Source: an uncultured Bacilli bacterium
Lineage (GTDB): Bacteria; Bacillota_I; Bacilli_A; RF39; UBA660
DNA: 64,000 nucleotides
Reading direction: 5' to 3'
NCBI GenBank assembly: GCA_934167885.1
Contig: CAKPMB010000002.1
Span: forward strand, 9,307-73,306
A model generated the notes under the pieces. It made no database searches and was not told the origin of the DNA. It saw only the letters and a program-made list of their open reading frames with translations. How positions within the stretch are numbered: the stretch's first letter is position 1; every line of letters begins with the position of its first letter. Of the stretch, positions 34,018-44,532 are shown in pieces. The position numbers were made by a program, and so were the translations under genes.

Positions 34018-34952
34018 TATTTCCTCCTAAGACCTAAAGGATTTTTTAAATCCTTACTATATTTTAATATTTTATCAACATCATAATTAGCGAACAATTC
34101 ATCATAATTTTCATCCCTAATAAACTGCATGAAATTATCATCATCCACATCATCAGTATAACGATCTAAATGAATAGTGCCCACTGAAGAGATATCCTTT
34201 CCTTCACTTTCTAAACAATAATTACCATTCTTAACTAAAGCACTCTTTAAAATAGGCAAATATTTCTGAATATTAGAAGAAGAAAGTAAAATACGATTAT
34301 AACTATCTAACCATTTTCCCTCGCCTTTTTTTCTTATAATCTTTAACGAATTATAAAAACGTTTAAGGGATGCAACATCATTATGGCAATAAAACTTAAG
34401 CCAATACGAAATAGCCTCTTCCGATAATGGAAAAGTTATACCAGCATTCCCTAATTCTTTTAGGAAGATATCAACGTCTGCAAATGATCTCTCCTTACCA
34501 TAATGTTTTTTATTTTTAGCCCTTGTATTATCATTCACACTCTTCTTATAGGCATTAATATTTAAAGCTATATTCAAAAAAACATCCAAAATATAATCAT
34601 AAAGTTCATTATCTTTTAAATAAAAAACAGCATCGCTCTTATAAGCAATCTTAAAAAAATTCATACTTTTTAAATCTTTTTCACATGCTAATAAATAAGT
34701 AATAGGCATTTTATCTTTATTTTCACGATAATTCTTATTATCACGCAAATCTAAAATAAACTCTTGAATATCACTAGCAAAATAATTTTTTAATGAAGAA
34801 CTATCTGAAAACTTTCTAGTTAAATGATCAAGCTCCATTATGCTCCTAAAACTTACTAAATTAAGGTTAACACTATTAGGTGAATTATATTTTAAGAATA
34901 ATTTTAAGTTATATTTCATAAATCTCTCCACGACAATTATATAACAAAACAT
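34017..34952 (-). CDS. hypothetical protein (start likely at the internal MKYNLK)
   Basis: 311-aa ORF abutting the PFOR start; no recognizable motif. Confidence 0.35.
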   Translation of the reverse strand: MFCYIIVVERFMKYNLKLFLKYNSPNSVNLNLVSFRSIMELDHLTRKFSDSSSLKNYFASDIQEFILDLRDNKNYRENKDKMPITYLLACEKDLKSMNFFKIAYKSDAVFYLKDNELYDYILDVFLNIALNINAYKKSVNDNTRAKNKKHYGKERSFADVDIFLKELGNAGITFPLSEEAISYWLKFYCHNDVASLKRFYNSLKIIRKKGEGKWLDSYNRILLSSSNIQKYLPILKSALVKNGNYCLESEGKDISSVGTIHLDRYTDDVDDDNFMQFIRDENYDELFANYDVDKILKYSKDLKNPLGLRRK

Positions 34953-35040
34953 ATCTAAATACTAGAATTTATTAACGCAATTCCTTAATTTAAAATTCTT
35001 TTTTTATTAATTCATTCATATTAATAATTATGGAGAAAAA

Positions 35041-36306
35041 ATGATTATAGCCTTATTTATTTTTATTTTAACTTATATTGAAATGCTTGCCCTACCAAAA
35101 TACAGGCATTTAATTGCTTTAATAACAGCCATTATTTTTGTTATGATATCTATTTTACCAATTAATCAAGTATTAAACGTTATAGATTTTAACGTTATTT
35201 TAATGATTTTAGGAACAATGGGAACTGTATCACTTTTTATAAGTTCCAAAATGCCTGATTTAATTGCCGATTATTTAATAAAAAGGGCCCAAAACATAAA
35301 ATGGATGACTGTTATCCTTGCTGCTTTTGCTGGAATAATTTCAGCATTTATTGATAATGTAGCAACCGTTTTAATTATTGCTCCGATTGTTTTAACAATA
35401 TCCAAAAAAGCTAACATAAATCCAACTATTCCCATTATTTGCATTGCTATCTTTTCCAATTTAGAAGGTGCTGCCACTTTAACAGGGGATACTACTTCCT
35501 TCCTACTCGCTAAAGAATTAAATATGAACTTTTTAGATTTTTTTACATACCACAATAAAATAGGCCTATTCTTCATTATTCAAATAAGCCTTATATCATC
35601 CTTAGTGATATTATATTTTAAACAACGCAAAGAAACAAAAAAAGTAACCTATCACACTAATGTTATAGTTAATGATTATATGCCAACGATTCTCTTAATT
35701 ACATCCATTATTGGTTTAATAATCGCATCTTTCATTGAAGATAAAATGGAACTTACCAATGGATTAATCTGCACTGGAACCTTTATGATAGGCCTTATAT
35801 TAACAATAATTAAAAAAAGAAGTTTAAAGCCTCTTTCATCATTAAAAGATATTGATTATGAAACGATTATTTTATTAATTAGTTTATTCATTATTATTGG
35901 TGGTATTAAGAATGTCGGTGTAATTGACTATATAAGCCAAATATTTATAAATCTACCAGATAACAATTTCATAATATATAGTTTAATTGTTTTGGTTTCA
36001 GTTATCATTTCATCGTTTGTTGATAATATTCCCTATGTTGCAACGATGCTATCAGTTATTACCACTATTTGTAACAATACCACCATAAATCCCCTCCTTT
36101 TATATTATGGATTAATAATTGGAGCAACCTTAGGTGGTAACTTTACCCCCATTGGAGCTTCAAGCAATATTACAGCTATTGGATTATTAAAGAAAAATGG
36201 TTATAACGTTTCAAATAAAACCTATTTTAGTTATAGCATTCCCATATCCTTAGCCGCCATTTTAACAAGCTATTTTATAGTATGGATACTCTTTAAAACC
36301 AGCTAA
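35041..36306 (+). CDS. ArsB/NhaD-superfamily permease (YbiR-like anion transporter)
   Basis: ~12 TM helices; duplicated FIDNVATVLIIAPI / FVDNIPYVATM motifs typical of the ArsB/NhaD/CitMHS permease fold. Confidence 0.45.
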   Translation: MIIALFIFILTYIEMLALPKYRHLIALITAIIFVMISILPINQVLNVIDFNVILMILGTMGTVSLFISSKMPDLIADYLIKRAQNIKWMTVILAAFAGIISAFIDNVATVLIIAPIVLTISKKANINPTIPIICIAIFSNLEGAATLTGDTTSFLLAKELNMNFLDFFTYHNKIGLFFIIQISLISSLVILYFKQRKETKKVTYHTNVIVNDYMPTILLITSIIGLIIASFIEDKMELTNGLICTGTFMIGLILTIIKKRSLKPLSSLKDIDYETIILLISLFIIIGGIKNVGVIDYISQIFINLPDNNFIIYSLIVLVSVIISSFVDNIPYVATMLSVITTICNNTTINPLLLYYGLIIGATLGGNFTPIGASSNITAIGLLKKNGYNVSNKTYFSYSIPISLAAILTSYFIVWILFKTS

Positions 36307-36370
36307 GTTATTTAAAACCTTTACAAATAAGATAATTTATGCTATAATATGCGCCATAAAAAGGAAGGTT

Positions 36371-37135
36371 TTGGCTATGAATTTTGAAAGTAATAAATTA
36401 TTATCACTATATTTAAAAAAATTAATTCCTATTGGGATGGGATCGTGTGGTGAATGTTTCTTAAATCCTAAAACTAATCAAGTATTTAAAATATTTAATC
36501 ACTTTTTTGAAGAAGAAGAGGGATTTTCTTATGAAGAAGAATACGCTGAATATGACGAGAAAGAAATCCTAAGATTCACTAACATCAAAGCACCATCTTT
36601 TATCTTCGCTAATAACATTATCACTGTTAATGATCACATCGTTGGATATATTTCTAAATACGCTAATGCCAAAAGATTGAATCAAATAAACCCTCTGATT
36701 ATAAGCTTAGAAAAATTAAAACGCGCTATTCTAGAAGTATATAATTCTCTTCAAGTAGTTTCTAATGAGGGGATCAAAACATATGATATGATGTATAATA
36801 TCTTGTATCACAATAAGTTTTATATTATTGACCAAGATGAATATAGTTACAATGATATGGATAATAAAAAACTTTATAATTATAATCGTGCTAACTTCGA
36901 TCAAGAAATATACTATTTTTTAGTTGAGGCATATTTAGATGAATTTATTAACCAAGATGTTAGATTAAAAGAAATGTTTGGTAATAGAGAGGTTGATGTT
37001 TTAACTTTTATAAACGAATTACAAAGTAAACTAAGTGAACAAGTTCAAAAACCCGTTAGCAAATTAAGCGATGCTAAACCCGTTTTAAATAAGCAAAAAG
37101 TTAAAAAACCTTTCTATGTTCGTGACTTGTTTTAA
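36371..37135 (+). CDS. hypothetical protein with a protein-kinase-like Gly-rich loop
   Basis: LIPIGMGSCGECFLNPKTNQVFKIF resembles the IGxGxxGxVy...aiK ATP-binding region of ePK-like kinases; rest undetermined. Confidence 0.35.
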   Translation: MAMNFESNKLLSLYLKKLIPIGMGSCGECFLNPKTNQVFKIFNHFFEEEEGFSYEEEYAEYDEKEILRFTNIKAPSFIFANNIITVNDHIVGYISKYANAKRLNQINPLIISLEKLKRAILEVYNSLQVVSNEGIKTYDMMYNILYHNKFYIIDQDEYSYNDMDNKKLYNYNRANFDQEIYYFLVEAYLDEFINQDVRLKEMFGNREVDVLTFINELQSKLSEQVQKPVSKLSDAKPVLNKQKVKKPFYVRDLF

Positions 37136-37139
37136 TGAA

Positions 37140-37922
37140 TTATTGAAGTTTAAGGATATATGGATTCTCAGTGGTGCCGTCACCTTGAGATATCAATATA
37201 TCTTTTTTTATATTAATAACCGGATGAACTTCTCCGCTGTTTGAAGCCCGATAATCATCTAACAAACCATTATATGAAATAATAAACATGTGTTGCATCG
37301 CAGTAGGTGCATGAAACCTTGTAGGGGTCATCGTCCATTGTGTCCCTTTAGAATATAGGTAAAAGTCAAAATTTTTAGTGTTATATTTGCCACCAGCTAA
37401 CTTGACTTCATCAATCGTAAGCAAGGCAACAGGATATGTTAGATTACTATTGCCATATTCACTAGTTGCACTGAATTTATCACGAATATCTTGGCATTTA
37501 AGCGATACAACCTTGCTAGCCACATAATGATTATAAAAAAGATATTTATTTAACAAAAATTTATCATTTTCACCAATACTCGAAGTATTCCGGTCATTAC
37601 AAAAACAACCATCAGAAATGTATGAAGAATAAGGATTACCATCATTATCTTTTTTAGATACAATGTTACTATAATACCAACTATCAATAACTGTTTTAAT
37701 ATTACTATCATACTCATTGGTTTTAGTATCTTTAAGATTAGTTGAAGTATATGAAATATACTGAACTTTTGCACCATTAGTTGAAGTGTTATAACTATCT
37801 ATTTTAACAATAACCTTGCATTGTTTAACAGAAGAAGCATTAAAACAACTATACTTATACTCATCAAAATTTTTCATATCGGCATATGTGCTACTAATAA
37901 TATCACCAACAAGACTATACAT
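37140..37922 (-). CDS. hypothetical protein (possibly secreted; start uncertain)
   Basis: 260-aa ORF, N/S/Y-rich, several Cys; no recognizable domain. Confidence 0.3.
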   Translation of the reverse strand: MYSLVGDIISSTYADMKNFDEYKYSCFNASSVKQCKVIVKIDSYNTSTNGAKVQYISYTSTNLKDTKTNEYDSNIKTVIDSWYYSNIVSKKDNDGNPYSSYISDGCFCNDRNTSSIGENDKFLLNKYLFYNHYVASKVVSLKCQDIRDKFSATSEYGNSNLTYPVALLTIDEVKLAGGKYNTKNFDFYLYSKGTQWTMTPTRFHAPTAMQHMFIISYNGLLDDYRASNSGEVHPVINIKKDILISQGDGTTENPYILKLQ

Positions 37923-37977
37923 TTCTTCTTTCTCATCAAATGTATAGGATGTTGCAAAATAATATTTATTTAATTAA

Positions 37978-38415
37978 TCAATATTCATTGATATCTTCTT
38001 CACTTAATACCTTAATTCCATGTTCTTTCAATAGTCTTACAGTTATTCCATCACCATCAACTAATTTTTTACTAAACGTGCCATCATAAATCTTGCCGCA
38101 ACCACACGATGGACTTCTGCTTTTCATTATGGCACAATTAATATTTTCGTTTTGGCATATTTTTAGAGTTTCTTCGGCTCCTTTTTTATAATTCAAAGTT
38201 ACATCAATATTTGATGAATTTATAACTTTATCACCAATTATTTCACTTGATAATCTTGGAATACTAAGCCCTCCCAAACATTCTGGACATACTTTTATAT
38301 ATTTTTTATCATTTAAAAATTTACAAACTTTTTCATTATAGTTGTTTCCACCATTATACTTGCAATTATCACCAAGCAAACAGGCACTAACTACATATTT
38401 CATCGATACCTCCAC
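37978..38415 (-). CDS. DUF523-family protein (TudS-like thiouracil desulfidase family)
   Basis: VSACLLGDNCKYNGG...VCPECLGGLSIPR...KSRSPSCG conserved DUF523 Cys pattern. Confidence 0.55.
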   Translation of the reverse strand: MEVSMKYVVSACLLGDNCKYNGGNNYNEKVCKFLNDKKYIKVCPECLGGLSIPRLSSEIIGDKVINSSNIDVTLNYKKGAEETLKICQNENINCAIMKSRSPSCGCGKIYDGTFSKKLVDGDGITVRLLKEHGIKVLSEEDINEY

Positions 38416-38456
38416 TACTTAATTATAATACAAAATGTAAAATTTAAAAAAAATAG

Positions 38457-38485
38457 TTGTAAAATAAAATTATCTATGCTATATT
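38457..38485 (+). promoter_or_regulatory. sigma-A-type promoter for tRNA-Met (TTGTAA, 17-nt spacer, TATATT)
   Basis: Hexamers in correct spacing 17 nt upstream of the tRNA 5' end. Confidence 0.4.
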
Positions 38486-38502
38486 ATTATTGCTTTGTTC
38501 AT

Positions 38503-38579
38503 GGCGAGATAGCTCAGCTGGCTAGAGCGATCGGTTCATACCCGATAGGTCGGGGGTTCAATCCCCTCTCTCGCTACCA
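38503..38579 (+). tRNA. tRNA-Met (CAU), elongator type
   Basis: GGCGAGATAGCTCAGCTGGCTAGAGC...anticodon loop ttCATac...GGTTCAATCC...CGCTACCA; resembles Bacillus elongator tRNA-Met. Confidence 0.85.
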
Positions 38580-38588
38580 TAGAATATT

Positions 38589-38614
38589 ACAAGACTTCTG
38601 TCTTGTTTTTTTTA
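38589..38614 (+). terminator. rho-independent terminator after tRNA-Met (acaagac/gtcttgt hairpin plus T8)
   Basis: 7-bp perfect stem, 4-nt loop, followed by TTTTTTTT. Confidence 0.65.
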
Positions 38615-38636
38615 TATTTTTTTTATAAAATAATGA

Positions 38637-39239
38637 GTGAGGTGTTTTATGAAAAAGAAATGTGTATATATAGTAATTGCAATTTTAATAATGATTTTAG
38701 TAATTGGATATTTAATATTTTTTAATAAATCAAAGGATAATAACGATGCTCAAAAATTTGCTTTAGAATATGGTATTACCACTAATAATGTTTTTGTTTA
38801 TCGTGATCAACAAGAAATAATTAATATTTTAAAGAATGGAACAGGTATTATTTATTTAGGTTTTCCAGAATGTCCTTGGTGTAAAGAGTATGTTAAATAT
38901 TTAAACGAAGTTGCTAAAGAAAGTAATTTTAATAAAATATATTATTTGAATATTTTAAATGATCGTAAGAATAATACTGAAGAATACCAAGAAATAGTTA
39001 GTCTTTTAGATGAATATCTTCATTATAGTGATGAAGGAACTAAAAGAATATATGTTCCTGCAGTGATTGTTGTTCAAAATGGTAAAATTCTTGGTTTTGA
39101 TGATGAAACGTCATATGATACTAAAGGATATGAAACCCCTAGTGAATATTGGGCTAATGAGGATTTAAAAGGTTTTAAAGAGCGTCTTAAAAAGATGATT
39201 AAAGAAATTAATATAAACTACTGCACTGATTGTAATTAG
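38637..39239 (+). CDS. membrane-anchored thioredoxin-fold protein (CPWC motif)
   Basis: N-terminal TM helix; GFPECPWCKEY thioredoxin-like CxxC active site; 200 aa. Confidence 0.55.
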   Translation: MRCFMKKKCVYIVIAILIMILVIGYLIFFNKSKDNNDAQKFALEYGITTNNVFVYRDQQEIINILKNGTGIIYLGFPECPWCKEYVKYLNEVAKESNFNKIYYLNILNDRKNNTEEYQEIVSLLDEYLHYSDEGTKRIYVPAVIVVQNGKILGFDDETSYDTKGYETPSEYWANEDLKGFKERLKKMIKEININYCTDCN

Positions 39240-39247
39240 GAGAATTT

Positions 39248-40147
39248 ATGGATAATAAATATACTAATCGTGAGATTGCTATTTTTACAGATGCTCATGC
39301 CCTTTATGAACCAACTAAAGCTATCTTAGAAGATATAAAGCGTCGTGGCATCACTGAAATATATTCTCTAGGTGATAATATTGGACTTGGTCCTAATCCT
39401 AAAGAAGTGATGGATTTATTAAAAGAATATAATGTTAAATCAATTGCCGGCAATGCTGAAGAATATATTACTTTGGGGAGCGAACCCTTTTTAACATATT
39501 TTTCTTCCCTTGATGAATTTAACCGTATTTGGACTAAAAATTCTCTAAATAAGGAACAAATAAATGAAATTGCCCTATTTCCCCACTCTATTGAATTATT
39601 AGTGGGTGGCAAGAAACTTGCCTTATGTCATTTTGCGAATGATGTTCGTTGCGATTTTATGGAACATAGCACTTGGCGTTATCAATTAGATCTTAAAAAT
39701 GGTCTTGAAGCTTATAAGCAATTTTTATATACCAATAGTGATGAACAAATAAAAGAGATTAATAACATAATCACTAGATTTGGTTTTAATAGTCCTCAAG
39801 TTAAAGGTTATTTGAGTGCCAATGATGATCCTTTATTCAGAAAAAAACGCGTTGATTATTTCGATGCAGTTATTCAAGGACATGTTCACTTTAAAATGTA
39901 TGAAGAAAGTGGTAAAACTAAATTCTGGACGATAAGAGCAGTTGGATTAGGATATGTGAATGCCCCACGTGATGAAGCATCATATGTTATTGTAAAAGAA
40001 AAAGAAAAGGGCTTTGACGTAGAAGAAGTATTAGTAAAATACAATCGTCAAAAAATGATTTCCAATATTTTATCAAGTGAAGTTGATACAAGTAAGTTAA
40101 GAAAATATGCTGATATCAACGAGAATGATATTGAAAAAACCAAATAG
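39248..40147 (+). CDS. metallophosphoesterase (calcineurin-like phosphoesterase)
   Basis: IAIFTDAHA (DxH), SLGDNIGLGPNP (GDxxDRG-like), CHFAND, GHVHF motifs; 299 aa. Confidence 0.7.
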   Translation: MDNKYTNREIAIFTDAHALYEPTKAILEDIKRRGITEIYSLGDNIGLGPNPKEVMDLLKEYNVKSIAGNAEEYITLGSEPFLTYFSSLDEFNRIWTKNSLNKEQINEIALFPHSIELLVGGKKLALCHFANDVRCDFMEHSTWRYQLDLKNGLEAYKQFLYTNSDEQIKEINNIITRFGFNSPQVKGYLSANDDPLFRKKRVDYFDAVIQGHVHFKMYEESGKTKFWTIRAVGLGYVNAPRDEASYVIVKEKEKGFDVEEVLVKYNRQKMISNILSSEVDTSKLRKYADINENDIEKTK

Positions 40148-40189
40148 ATATGTTAGAATGATAATGTTTCGTGTTGAGACATTATTTAT

Positions 40190-40266
40190 GGTCTGTTGGT
40201 GAAGCGGTTTAACACATAACCCTCTCAAGGTTACATACACGGGTCCGAATCCCGTACAGATCACCA
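40190..40266 (+). tRNA. tRNA-Glu with a CUC anticodon
   Basis: GGTCTGTTGGTGAAGCGGTTTAACAC...stem taacc/ggtta, loop ctCTCaa...ACGGGTCCGAATCCCGT...ACAGATCACCA; body closely resembles Bacillus tRNA-Glu as recalled, but the anticodon reads CTC rather than TTC. Confidence 0.7.
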
Positions 40267-40278
40267 ATTTTAAAACTT

Positions 40279-40298
40279 ATCCCAAAAGGGATTTTTTT
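40279..40298 (+). terminator. rho-independent terminator after tRNA-Glu (atccc/gggat hairpin plus T7)
   Basis: tatcccaaaagggatttttttat. Confidence 0.5.
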
Positions 40299-40341
40299 AT
40301 TGCATACAATTAAAATATATATTATAATATGAGTTCTTGAG

Positions 40342-40959
40342 GTGTTTATGAAAAATTATTTAGATTATTCCAAAGAAAACTTTATTGAAAAGTTTGAACT
40401 TAAAGAAGACAAAATTATCGTTTACCTATCAAACAAACAAATAGACGTAATTGATAGAAATGATGATAATGAAATGCATTTATTAAATAAAATGGAAAAA
40501 CAAGCCAAGGAAGCTCATAAAAAAACCATCGATGTTAGTGAAAGCCTTGAAAAAGATAAGAAAAAACTAAAGTATGCAATCTACTTTCTATTAATAAGTA
40601 TTGCTATGATAATATTTCCACAATATGGTTTGACTTTACCAATTGCTTTAACAATACTATCAAGTGGAACTTTAATATATTTTATAAATAAAGCAACTAA
40701 AGAAAAAAAATTCTTAAATGAAGCTGATAAAAATGATTATTTTCTTGATACAATTAAACGTGATATGAAAAATAAAAAAGATGATAAAGAAAATAATAAA
40801 AAAGAAGCATTTATAAGACAAAACGATGAAATAAAATATATAAATATTAATTCAATAGATAAACTATCACTTAAAGAATTAAAAGAAATTCATAATATAC
40901 TTACATCTAATAATAAGGATGAACAATCTAAATCAAAAAGGTTATGCAAAAAGTTCTAG
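40342..40959 (+). CDS. hypothetical Lys-rich protein with two TM helices
   Basis: ORF only; central hydrophobic hairpin LLISIAMIIFPQYGLTLPIALTILSSGTLIYFI. Confidence 0.3.
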   Translation: MFMKNYLDYSKENFIEKFELKEDKIIVYLSNKQIDVIDRNDDNEMHLLNKMEKQAKEAHKKTIDVSESLEKDKKKLKYAIYFLLISIAMIIFPQYGLTLPIALTILSSGTLIYFINKATKEKKFLNEADKNDYFLDTIKRDMKNKKDDKENNKKEAFIRQNDEIKYININSIDKLSLKELKEIHNILTSNNKDEQSKSKRLCKKF

Positions 40960-40997
40960 AAATAGAATTTTTTTTATTTTTTAATATATAATTTACT

Positions 40998-41933
40998 ATG
41001 ATAACTTATATATTAAATATGGCCACTTCTTTTGCTTTATTTTTTTATGGTATTACATCTATAAATAAGATTTTATGTAATGTTAATAAAGAGCGTATTA
41101 AGAAAATGATTATTAATAAAAAAAGCAATATTTTAAGTATTATTAAAGGTATAATTGTTACTATTATTGTGCAAAGTTCTTCTTTTGTTACGGTTTTACT
41201 CACTAATTTAGTTGATACTAGTATTATTTCTTTAAAGGATGCTTCTAATATTATTATGGGTAGTAATATTGGAACTTGTTTTACAGGCTTTTTTATAGCA
41301 CTCTTTTTAAATAATAATTTAGATTTTAATATTAATACGATTATTGGTATTTTTAGTATCATAAGCTTTATTTATAATTATTTACATCATAAAAATAAGG
41401 CCAATTTTATAATGGGTATTATTATTATTTTATTGTCTATTAATTTAATGAGTAGTTCTTCTTCACTCCTTGATGCTAAACATTTAGATTTTATTTTTAG
41501 ACATATTGATAATCCTTTTATTGGCATTATTATTGGTATACTACTCACTTTTATTTTTCAAAGTTCTTCTTTAATTACAGGATTATTATGTAGCATGTCA
41601 ATAACCTTTAATATAAGCTATTTAGGGGCTATAAATCTTATTTTAGGTAGTAACATAGGAACATGTTCAACTGCTCTTATATCAAGTATTACACTATCTA
41701 AAAATGCCCAAAAAGTTGGTATATATCATTTATGTTTTAACATCATTGGATCACTTATTTTTTTAAGCGGTATATTAATTATCAATTATATTTATGGCAC
41801 TAATTTTATATATCGTTATGTTAATACTTATGATATTGCTTTAATTAATATTTCATTTAATGTTTTAACAACCATTCTTATTTTTCCATTTAATAATAAA
41901 ATGTTAAAACTATGCCATTTTTTAGTAAAATAA
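40998..41933 (+). CDS. Na/Pi-cotransporter-family-like membrane protein (lacks a PhoU-like C-terminal part)
   Basis: Duplicated GSNIGTCFTG / GSNIGTCSTA motifs characteristic of the Na+/phosphate symporter family; 311 aa. Confidence 0.45.
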   Translation: MITYILNMATSFALFFYGITSINKILCNVNKERIKKMIINKKSNILSIIKGIIVTIIVQSSSFVTVLLTNLVDTSIISLKDASNIIMGSNIGTCFTGFFIALFLNNNLDFNINTIIGIFSIISFIYNYLHHKNKANFIMGIIIILLSINLMSSSSSLLDAKHLDFIFRHIDNPFIGIIIGILLTFIFQSSSLITGLLCSMSITFNISYLGAINLILGSNIGTCSTALISSITLSKNAQKVGIYHLCFNIIGSLIFLSGILIINYIYGTNFIYRYVNTYDIALINISFNVLTTILIFPFNNKMLKLCHFLVK

Positions 41934-41953
41934 AGTATAATATTCTTGGTGAT

Positions 41954-42508
41954 AAGATGAAAGAAGACATTATAAATTATATTCCCTTAAATGAACAAGA
42001 AAAAAGTGATAAGGAAGTTATGTTAACATATCTTGAAAACTTTGATAATTGTTATACTCGTGATAATATTCTAGGACATTTTACAGCATCATGTTTTATT
42101 GTTAATGAAAACCGTGATAAAGTTTTAATGGCATATCACAATATTTATAAATCTTTTGCTTGGCTTGGAGGACATGCTGATGGAAATACTAACTTACTAG
42201 AAGTAAGTATTAAAGAAGCGAGAGAAGAAAGTTCTATTAAATCATTAAAAATTTTAGATAATAACATTTTTAGTTTAGATGTTATCCCTGTAAAGGGACA
42301 CATTAAAAGAGGAAAATATATTAGTGCTCATATGCATTTAAATGTTACTTATTTATTTGAAGCTAGTGAAAACGATGAATTAGCCATTAAAGAAGATGAA
42401 AATAGTGATGTTCAATGGTTAGAAATTGCTAAATTAGATGAACTAATTAATGAAAAAGATATGCTTTATTATTATCATAAGTTTATTGATCGTATGAAAA
42501 AATATTAA
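41954..42508 (+). CDS. NUDIX hydrolase
   Basis: Nudix box GGHADGNTNLLEVSIKEAREESSI; start chosen at the internal Met because the longer ORF overlaps the preceding gene. Confidence 0.6.
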   Translation, partial: KMKEDIINYIPLNEQEKSDKEVMLTYLENFDNCYTRDNILGHFTASCFIVNENRDKVLMAYHNIYKSFAWLGGHADGNTNLLEVSIKEAREESSIKSLKILDNNIFSLDVIPVKGHIKRGKYISAHMHLNVTYLFEASENDELAIKEDENSDVQWLEIAKLDELINEKDMLYYYHKFIDRMKKY

Positions 42509-42543
42509 AATTATAGGTAATCCATAATTTTAATATTTTTTAT

Positions 42544-44505
42544 TTATGCTAAAAATTTATAAATATTATCGGTTATTTTTCTTATAACATACTTATTTAT
42601 AGCATATGGATAATAACTACCATATGAAATATTAGGACTCATCATACTAATTGCAATTTTGGGATTATCATATGGCATAAACATGACAAAGGATGTTGAA
42701 TTAGTCTCTCTTAAGGCTTTAGAATTTGCAATACTCATAAAACTTTCACTTGTGCCTGTTTTACCAGCTGCTTTATAGGAAGGATTAACATATCCATAAC
42801 CAGTGCCCTCGTTAATAACACTAATAAGACCTTTGGTCACTCTATCAAAATATTTTTTGGGAATAGCGACATTATTTAAAATCTCATCTTCTTGAAGATA
42901 AATATCAGTATAATTATTACTAATCTTTTTTAAAAGATGCATTTTATAGCGATCACCACCCTTAGCAATAGTACTTATATATTGATTTAGTTGAAGAGCA
43001 GTATACGTATCATATTGCCCAATAGCATAATCTAATAATAAGCCTGGTAACCTACTTGTTCCATGATATCCCCTACTTTCATTTAAAAGTTCAATTCCCG
43101 TATTAACACCTAAACCAAAACGATTAAAATAATCTTTATATATATCAAAAGCTGATGATTTAATATTAAGAGGTCCATTATACTTATATACACCTCCACC
43201 TAACTTTATCGCAATTTTAAACTGATACACATTACTACTTTGTCTTAGAGCATCAATATCATTAATTCTTCCCATGGATGTGAATGAACACTTTTTAGGA
43301 GTATTTTTTATTTTTAAACATTCATCATACAAATACTCTCCTACTTTTATAGTATTAGTATCATACCCTACTAACATACTAGCGGCTTTAACAGAACTAC
43401 CAGGTGTCATTGTATCAGTAATAACACCCATACTACGGTCAAATATTTTATTATTAAATATTTCTTTACCAACCATTGATAAAATATTACCTTTAGTATC
43501 ACTAATAACTATATATGAATGATTATAATATTTGGTGCTTGCAACCATTTTAGCCTTTTGCATCTCTTCCATTAAAATATTTTCACTAAACTTTTGAAGA
43601 TTTATATTAATAGTTAAGTAAATATCATTTCCCTTTTCACCATCAGTAACTAAATACTTTTCCTTCTTATAAACTTTATATGTAGCATCCTTTCCTTTTA
43701 AATAATCATCATACTGTAATTCTAAGCCTGATAACCCTACTTTATCATTTAAATGATAACCTCTATTTAAATAATATGCCGAATTTGCTGATGGAATATA
43801 ACCAACATTGCCTAAAATACTCCTTAGAGTATCGCCATACAAATAATCTCTTGTATAAGTATAATCTGCTTTAAAGCCCTTTAAATTATGCGCATTCTCT
43901 GAGAAAAAAATAAATTCATTAATACTACAATTTTCTTTAATTATTTTATCTTCATAACTATAACCATTATTCATTAAATAATATAAATATATAGCCTTTT
44001 TATCAACATCTGTATACTCTTCTAAATCTTCACTTGTTACAAGATCCTTTTTAATTTTATAAAAATCATTATTACTTATTATCCGTTTCTGATATTTATT
44101 TAAATCATCTTCCCTAATTCTTGACCTTATTTCATCTTCATGCATTAATAAAAAGAATTCTTTCATATAACTAAGGGTTAATTTATTATAATTAACATCT
44201 AAATAATCACTGATATAATAGGCTAAACTTATTAATTCATCTTTATCTAGATTATTATCATTATTAAAGAAAATAGTCATTTCTAATTTGTTACTAACCA
44301 ACAAATTACCATTATTATCATAAATATTTCCCCGAGGTGATGAAACACTAATATTTTTAACCATTTTATTATAAAGCTTATTTTTATAGTAATCACGTGA
44401 AATGACTTGTAAATAAAATACGCGAAATATAAGGATTGCAAATAACATATAAGTTAAATATTCAAACACTTTTATTCTTTTTTTCATAATATTATTATTT
44501 ATCAT
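42544..44505 (-). CDS. penicillin-binding protein 2 (class B transpeptidase)
   Basis: N-terminal TM anchor, PBP dimerisation region, SxxK (PGSSVKAAS), SxN and KTGT (AAGKTGTSES) motifs; 653 aa. Confidence 0.8.
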   Translation of the reverse strand: MINNNIMKKRIKVFEYLTYMLFAILIFRVFYLQVISRDYYKNKLYNKMVKNISVSSPRGNIYDNNGNLLVSNKLEMTIFFNNDNNLDKDELISLAYYISDYLDVNYNKLTLSYMKEFFLLMHEDEIRSRIREDDLNKYQKRIISNNDFYKIKKDLVTSEDLEEYTDVDKKAIYLYYLMNNGYSYEDKIIKENCSINEFIFFSENAHNLKGFKADYTYTRDYLYGDTLRSILGNVGYIPSANSAYYLNRGYHLNDKVGLSGLELQYDDYLKGKDATYKVYKKEKYLVTDGEKGNDIYLTININLQKFSENILMEEMQKAKMVASTKYYNHSYIVISDTKGNILSMVGKEIFNNKIFDRSMGVITDTMTPGSSVKAASMLVGYDTNTIKVGEYLYDECLKIKNTPKKCSFTSMGRINDIDALRQSSNVYQFKIAIKLGGGVYKYNGPLNIKSSAFDIYKDYFNRFGLGVNTGIELLNESRGYHGTSRLPGLLLDYAIGQYDTYTALQLNQYISTIAKGGDRYKMHLLKKISNNYTDIYLQEDEILNNVAIPKKYFDRVTKGLISVINEGTGYGYVNPSYKAAGKTGTSESFMSIANSKALRETNSTSFVMFMPYDNPKIAISMMSPNISYGSYYPYAINKYVIRKITDNIYKFLA

Positions 44506-44532
44506 TTATTAAAAAATATTAAATATAATTTA

